A stretch of 64,000 nucleotides of DNA from positions 97,712,001 through 97,776,000 of the forward strand of contig OZ024741.1 in the NCBI GenBank assembly GCA_964016885.1. Direction: 5' to 3'. The stretch comes from Eledone cirrhosa. Lineage: Eukaryota. The position numbers and the translations under genes were made by a program. This document shows, in pieces, positions 57,774 through 64,000 of this stretch. How positions within the stretch are numbered: position 1 is the first letter of the stretch; each line of letters opens with the position of its first letter. The notes below the pieces were generated by a model. The model was not told the DNA's origin. It saw only the letters and a program-made list of their open reading frames with translations, and did not search any database.

Positions 57774-60700
57774 AATAATATCATCTATTTGTTTTTACTG
57801 TTTGTCTCCGCAGTTCTGATCCAATAACGTTAACAAGGCCAAGACGAAGATAAGGTTTATCGTACAAATTATTGTATGAACATCATGTTATCATACAAAG
57901 ATAAAGAAGTACATTCAGAAGAAATAAAAATGTATAGAACATATGCCAGAAATGTGCGTCTCATATTCGTCTATGAAGTTAGAGTGTATCACCACAAACG
58001 AAAAACATAAAATAGGGGAACAATAGATTTTCTAGCGAAATTGGAAACGGATTGAAATTTTCTCATTTTTAAAACGTGTATAGATATTTAATCATTACTT
58101 CATTATTCTCGGCAAATGGTGAAAAGAATTACGTAAAATATTGAATTAAACAATTTAGGGGTATATGTAAGAATGTATAAATATGGAGAAAATACAAGAA
58201 ATCCCATTGGAATCATAAGATGTTTATGCCTGTAGGCTTGACAAGTTCTGCACATGTGAAATAGATTCTTCTTAATGCGCTTTTTATATTTTCTTTTTTA
58301 TATATCTAATATTGTTTTTTTTTTATATTCCATTATATCAGATTGCATATATGCATATCTTCCCAAATTAAATTCTTTACGCTACAACAATCTCCTTTAC
58401 ATACACACACATGCGCACTTACTCTCTATATACGTATTTATTACTGCCTGCCTGTCTTTGTCTCTCACTGTTTTTCTGTCTAACTGACTGTTTGCTTGAC
58501 TGTCTTTATGAATGTATGCAATTATGTATGTATATATATGAATGTATGTATGTATGTATGTATGTATGTATGTATGTATGTATGTACGTACGTACGCGCA
58601 TATGTATGTATGCATATATGTATGTATTCGTGTATGCATGTAAGATATAAAGCAAATCTGGCAGATATAAAATTATGCATAACATTCCGAAGATGTATTT
58701 ATGTATATGCCCACGATGAGCTCATTCCCACACAGAAAAACGAAAACGCTGACACTGTAAGTTACGTAATGGATCCTGTTATCAAATGCCAAAAAAATTC
58801 TCATCGTCTAGAAAATTATTAATGGGAGTTTGAATTGTATACAAATAGGAAATAAAAAAAATGAATTTCGCAGTGATTGGTGTAAATACAAAGAGAAAAT
58901 TGAAGAATTAACATTCTAGTAGACATGAGATGAGGAATTCTTCTAAAGCCTGTATCATCCGCTTTGTAGCATAAAATGGATTTATTTAATATAACTATAA
59001 ATACATATTAAGAACGAAAGCCATTAATTTTTAAACAGCAAAACAACAATAACAACAAAACTACAACCACCACCACGATTGCGTCAATAATAAAGATCAT
59101 ATCACCAACGGTAGCATCATCAACACTAACAACAACAAGAATTGCCTTCTGTCTTCTATGACCTCAGGACTACATGACGGTGCTCAAAATCAGACTATTT
59201 ACTCGGAGGGATTTTATAAAAAGATGACATTTCCTTCTCCTCTCGCATCAGTTTGGCAGGTCAATAAAACCTTCTCTCCTTCCGAGTCCTTCCATTCTTG
59301 TAAACCGCACTACCTTTTTCCAATAACTACCAGAGAAGAAAATAATGTCGATTTCAGCGATCAAAGAAAAGCGATTTTTGCGATCAACGTACTGTATTTG
59401 AAAGAGAGATGGGTCTGAGTTACATGTGACTAAAATTAACAACATTAATCTGTATTTCAGCAATACCTGGATCCTACGTGTTCCGATAGCATTAGCAAAG
59501 TACTGTTGATAACTATCGATAACTTTGAATTGATACAAGCGCATCAAAAGATTTGTACTAATGATATCGCGAATCATTCCACGAACACTGTTGAGATATA
59601 TATATATTAATTCGTTAGTTTTATGGGCCACACAATGTCCATCATGTACGACATGTGCCTCGTCAATACCGACATTCTTTGGTTAGGCCAGCTAGCATTA
59701 TCTCGGTTCTCTTGGTTTAAGGTACCATAATCATCTCCAAACATAGGATCGAAAATGTCTTACATGTTTTCTTTAAGGTCTAATGAAGACCATAAATAGC
59801 AGACGATTTTTTTTCTTTCACTTAGCCATTCAACATCATCCGCATATCAGCTGCCATTATCTTTTTTTCTATTCAACACACTCCCCGTTTCCGTCGACAA
59901 TGACCAAAGACTCTAAATTCGAATGTCTCCAGTCAGCCACATTCCCTGAAATTTCATATAATATCCGATTGAATGCACGTAAACATCTGCCTTGGTTGAA
60001 AACCAAGTGCCCACCATCTTACATCAATTGCTGTTGTTTCTGCATTTTCCTTCTGTCAACGGACACCGTGGAGCGAATTTATTCAATTGTGACTGCAAAT
60101 AACTGATTTGATTGATCTGGCGCAACATTTGTGTTGCACAATGAAGAAATCATTTAACCTTGTTCATAGCACTCGATTGTGCGTGCTACTATATTCGCTA
60201 GCCATATCTTCTGAATTGTTGTCTGTTTTTAATCGTTACGTATTTACATCAATTCAAATATAATGACTGTCCTAACAGAACAACTTCTTTGGCTGTTACG
60301 AACATATGGTATTTAACTAGTCTATCAATGCACTCACTGTAAACATTCAGTTCCACAAACGATAAATTCAGTTATCTCAATGGATATCTCAGTATTTGTG
60401 CCAACATTAGACTCGCTTTATAGATTCAAATTGCTAGATCTTTTTAGCCAGTCTACGAAATTGGGAACATAGACACAAACATTCTCTACTTATCTATATA
60501 CGAAGTCACGCTAGATTTGATATGGATGACTTGATACAATTTATCCAAAACCACGTTGGTTTTCCTACCTTATATTTTGTCTACTTTCACGACGGTTAGA
60601 GATTGAAATTTGCCCTAATCGACAAAACACTTCTTCCAGAGAAAACAATATTTTACGGTGAATTAGTTAAGGCTTCACTCATTTTGTATGATTCTATTTT

Positions 60701-61755
60701 TGAACTAAAGAGCATACATATTCAAGGTGTTGCAAGTACTTGAAAAAAAGAATCATTCTTTTGTGTTGTTGTTGGTTTCATTATAATATCTATGATGCTG
60801 ATGCGTCCGGTATCGTTGTTTGCCTTTTTAAAATCACCTTGCCATCAACCTCATTCTAAGGGATAACAAATACTATATTATCTAATATTTTATTTATTTT
60901 AAGAGGATGATTTCTTATTTGAGCGATAGATTGTTGCTATTGCTAGCTGTTAAAGTAGAAACTACTTTCTTGAACGATTTTATTTAATCATTGTTTTCAG
61001 TTACCTTATTTGTACGTAACTACTGCCTAAACAATTGATATGCTTTCACATCGAGACGAAAGGAAGCCAATATACCTGAGCAAATTTTGTGTAAGGGAAA
61101 TTATAGAAATCAATATTAGATTTTGGCAATATGCTGTACTGTATATGGTCCGCTTTTGCAATGATATCAATGAGCACGACAGAATGTATTTCTAGGCTCA
61201 TATAGTAATTTCGTTGATTCATTAAAACGAAGAATGAAAGCATTTCAAAGAATAAACATGAAAATAAGAAGAAATCCTACACCCACATTTTAGTCTGTAG
61301 TCACTCAAGAGAATCATATGGCAACTTGTAAAAATAACTACACACCGCTTGAGAAACCTGTGTTCATCGAAAGATTCTTGTGCAGATCCAAAATTCATTG
61401 TCCGTTTTAAATTGCAGGCAACCAACATTTGTAAATTACTTTTGGTTTTATTCATATTGGTAATTCAGACTCGGTTGAATTACTGGATTAAACGTGATTG
61501 ACCAATAAGTTCTACCTAGGTGATAGAAAGACATTTTATCAGTTCCTCCTATTAAAACTGTTCCAATGAAATATTTTGTTAAGCAGTGAGTAGAATCAAT
61601 ATCCTGAACTATTATTTATGAAGGAATCCCTATATATATGTAGTAAATTTAAAGTAGCGAATTTAGTGTGGGTTGGATGCGTGGGAGGCTTTAAAATATA
61701 CCGTAAACCACTGACAATAAAAAAATTGCCAAGCTTATAAATTGTTCTAAATAAT

Positions 61756-61941
61756 TGTTTCTACTTTTGGCACAAGGCCAGCAATTAACCAGTAGATTAC
61801 TGGTACTTTATTTTATCGACCGCGTAAGGATGAAAGGCAAACTTAACCTCGGCCGGATTTGAACTCGGATCGTAAAGGGACGTAACTCTTTGCATAAAAT
61901 CATGGCGTCCGACCCTACTGATACTGCCAATCCACCACCCT
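61756..61941 (-). mobile_element. SINE with TSD
   Basis: 18-bp TSD TAAATTGTTCTAAATAAT at 61738-61755 and 61942-61959. Confidence 0.92.
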
Positions 61942-63624
61942 TAAATTGTTCTAAATAATGATTATTAGAAATACAAATTTTTCTCTATATGGAACTACAT
62001 GTGAAAGTATCTTTGGTACCAATAAATTTGGTCTGTTGGGGGTTGAAAATAGACTTGCTATTAATCATCAAAACTAGTTGTAGTATAATTAACGCGATAA
62101 ACGTTGAACAAGGTGAAGGATTTCACCAGCATCAATATTCATCTCAAATGTTTTATTTACAAAATTCGTTAAGAAGATACTGACTTCTTTACACCAGTTA
62201 AATACATCGTCTTCTCTAGCCCTAATGATGTGATAAATTTAATATGAATGCAGTTTAAATAGTCACAGCAACATTAAATATATATTTATGACTCTTAAAC
62301 AATTCATATGGGTTCATAAACGTCTTTATTACCACATGTATTGTAAATTCTGAAAATACCTCTGTAGCAACTTGACACTATGGTATAATGTTCAGATTAA
62401 ATTTAGATATTTAGCGGTTGATGAAGTATTTGAGTTTAATTTTGGTTTGAGCAATGAAGAAAAGTTATAAACGGAAGGAAATTAATGCGAAATGGTGTTA
62501 ACAAACTTGAAATAAATAGGAACTGTCATCTTATGAAACAGGGATATTTGAGTGGAAGAACAAAAAGGTCTGCAATCAGAATTCAAAGAGCAATCCTGAA
62601 AAAGGTAATCTAATCTTCGATTAAATAGAGTTTATTATGTTGCTTAATATAATTGGATGAAAACCAGGCTCATAAACCACTTGGTAATTAATGAGACAGA
62701 CAGAGTATATATATAAACACGAACGAAAAGGTGAGGAAGGAATATTACAAACTCAATAGCTAATTACGTAAAAGAGAGCAAAATAAAAATTAATGGATAA
62801 TAATCAACACTACTCTAACTATTCCAATAAGGAATTATAATTATAATCACACAGCTGTGATATAAAGATTGCTATTTGCCTATATGAATGTGTCAAATGT
62901 ATCATGAGGAGAAGAACATTAATTAAAACTACGAATATTAAATTAGATGTGACACTAAATCAGAGAATACGAAAAAGCCCATGCATACGAATACTTATGA
63001 TTAGATGAACTGGTAGACTACTACTTTAAATAATGAAGGGGAAAACTGGAGAAAAATACTACAGAAGAGACAACCTAATATTTAATGTCAGATAAAAGTC
63101 AATATGCAACATTCACTTATGGACAACAGCTTCAATAAAATATGTTGCACGTTATCCAAATTATAGATCTTAGACTGGAAAATTAGAAGGCTATTAAAAC
63201 ATTCCGTGATCACAATCACAAATCGGATATAGATGAGGCAACAATCCTGCATACAGAAGTATTTGAAAGTAACAACAGCATTATAAAGGAAAATAATCAC
63301 AAGGAATTACACAATGAAAAATCTGAACACGTGGGACGAAATGGCCTAAGCATATATCCCCGGTGTCGGCCAACCCATACCGAAAGGAAATCTGTTCTCT
63401 TCTTGTCACCACATTATTATGTTTTCTCATATACATGGTTCCGACACGTGATTCAGGTCATCGGGTAAGCTGCGATCAATATGATGCAATACGAAAGAGG
63501 TATGCTGTTGTTCGTTCGACCCACGTGTTGCATATATCTTGTGTGCAATCGTGTTATAAACATGCACGCACAAACATATATACATACATATGCATGCCTG
63601 TATTCTTATATATATATATATATG

Positions 63625-63669
<45 letters not shown>

Positions 63670-64000
63670 GCTGTGATATATATTTCAATGACGGCACTGG
63701 CCGCACTGTTGTGTGTGCGAGTGTCTCAACATCGTCAGACAGCTTGTTACATAATAAGGTTATGTTTCCGAGGCAATCCAAATTGAATCGACATGGGAAC
63801 GGACGAAGTGTGTGCTTTTGGGTTCTTCATCCGTTCCCATGTGAGTACCAATTCACCCCCACCGGTCTGCGCAGGCGCATGTCCGAAGGAAGTTGACCAT
63901 TAGCTACCGCAGATTTCAAAGATATTCGTTTAGTCAGTTCGCCCACTCAGTCAAACAATGATCCATTCAGGCCTGTACTGCTACCCATCCCGTCTGTGGG

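Noticed and set aside
59150-61500. Moderately complex unique-looking sequence with short ORFs
   Set aside because: No motif, repeat structure or splice pattern that I could support.

Overview
AT-rich, microsatellite-dense eukaryotic DNA with no convincing host exon. The SINE family and repeat landscape suggest a cephalopod, probably Octopus (inference). Most of the window is mobile-element debris: three clear Naiad-type and one Neptune/Poseidon-type Penelope-like elements (PLEs) with GIY-YIG remnants, Tx1, RTE, CR1/L2 and R4-like LINE remnants, a mariner deletion derivative and about 10 copies of a tRNA-derived SINE. The main signal is a set of small non-coding elements, mostly embedded in (TA)n tracts. 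Many carry type I hammerhead ribozyme (HHR) motifs and share one architecture: a tandem or terminally redundant body plus an inverted fold-back copy, usually on the 5' side. The best case is a retrozyme-like array of about 12 apparently identical 310-bp units with 11 complete HHRs (21485-25190). There are also spacer-less palindromes with back-to-back HHR motifs, a recurring CCGANGA core variant, and a tRNA-like unit with the same architecture. All folds were read by eye; nothing was computed or searched.
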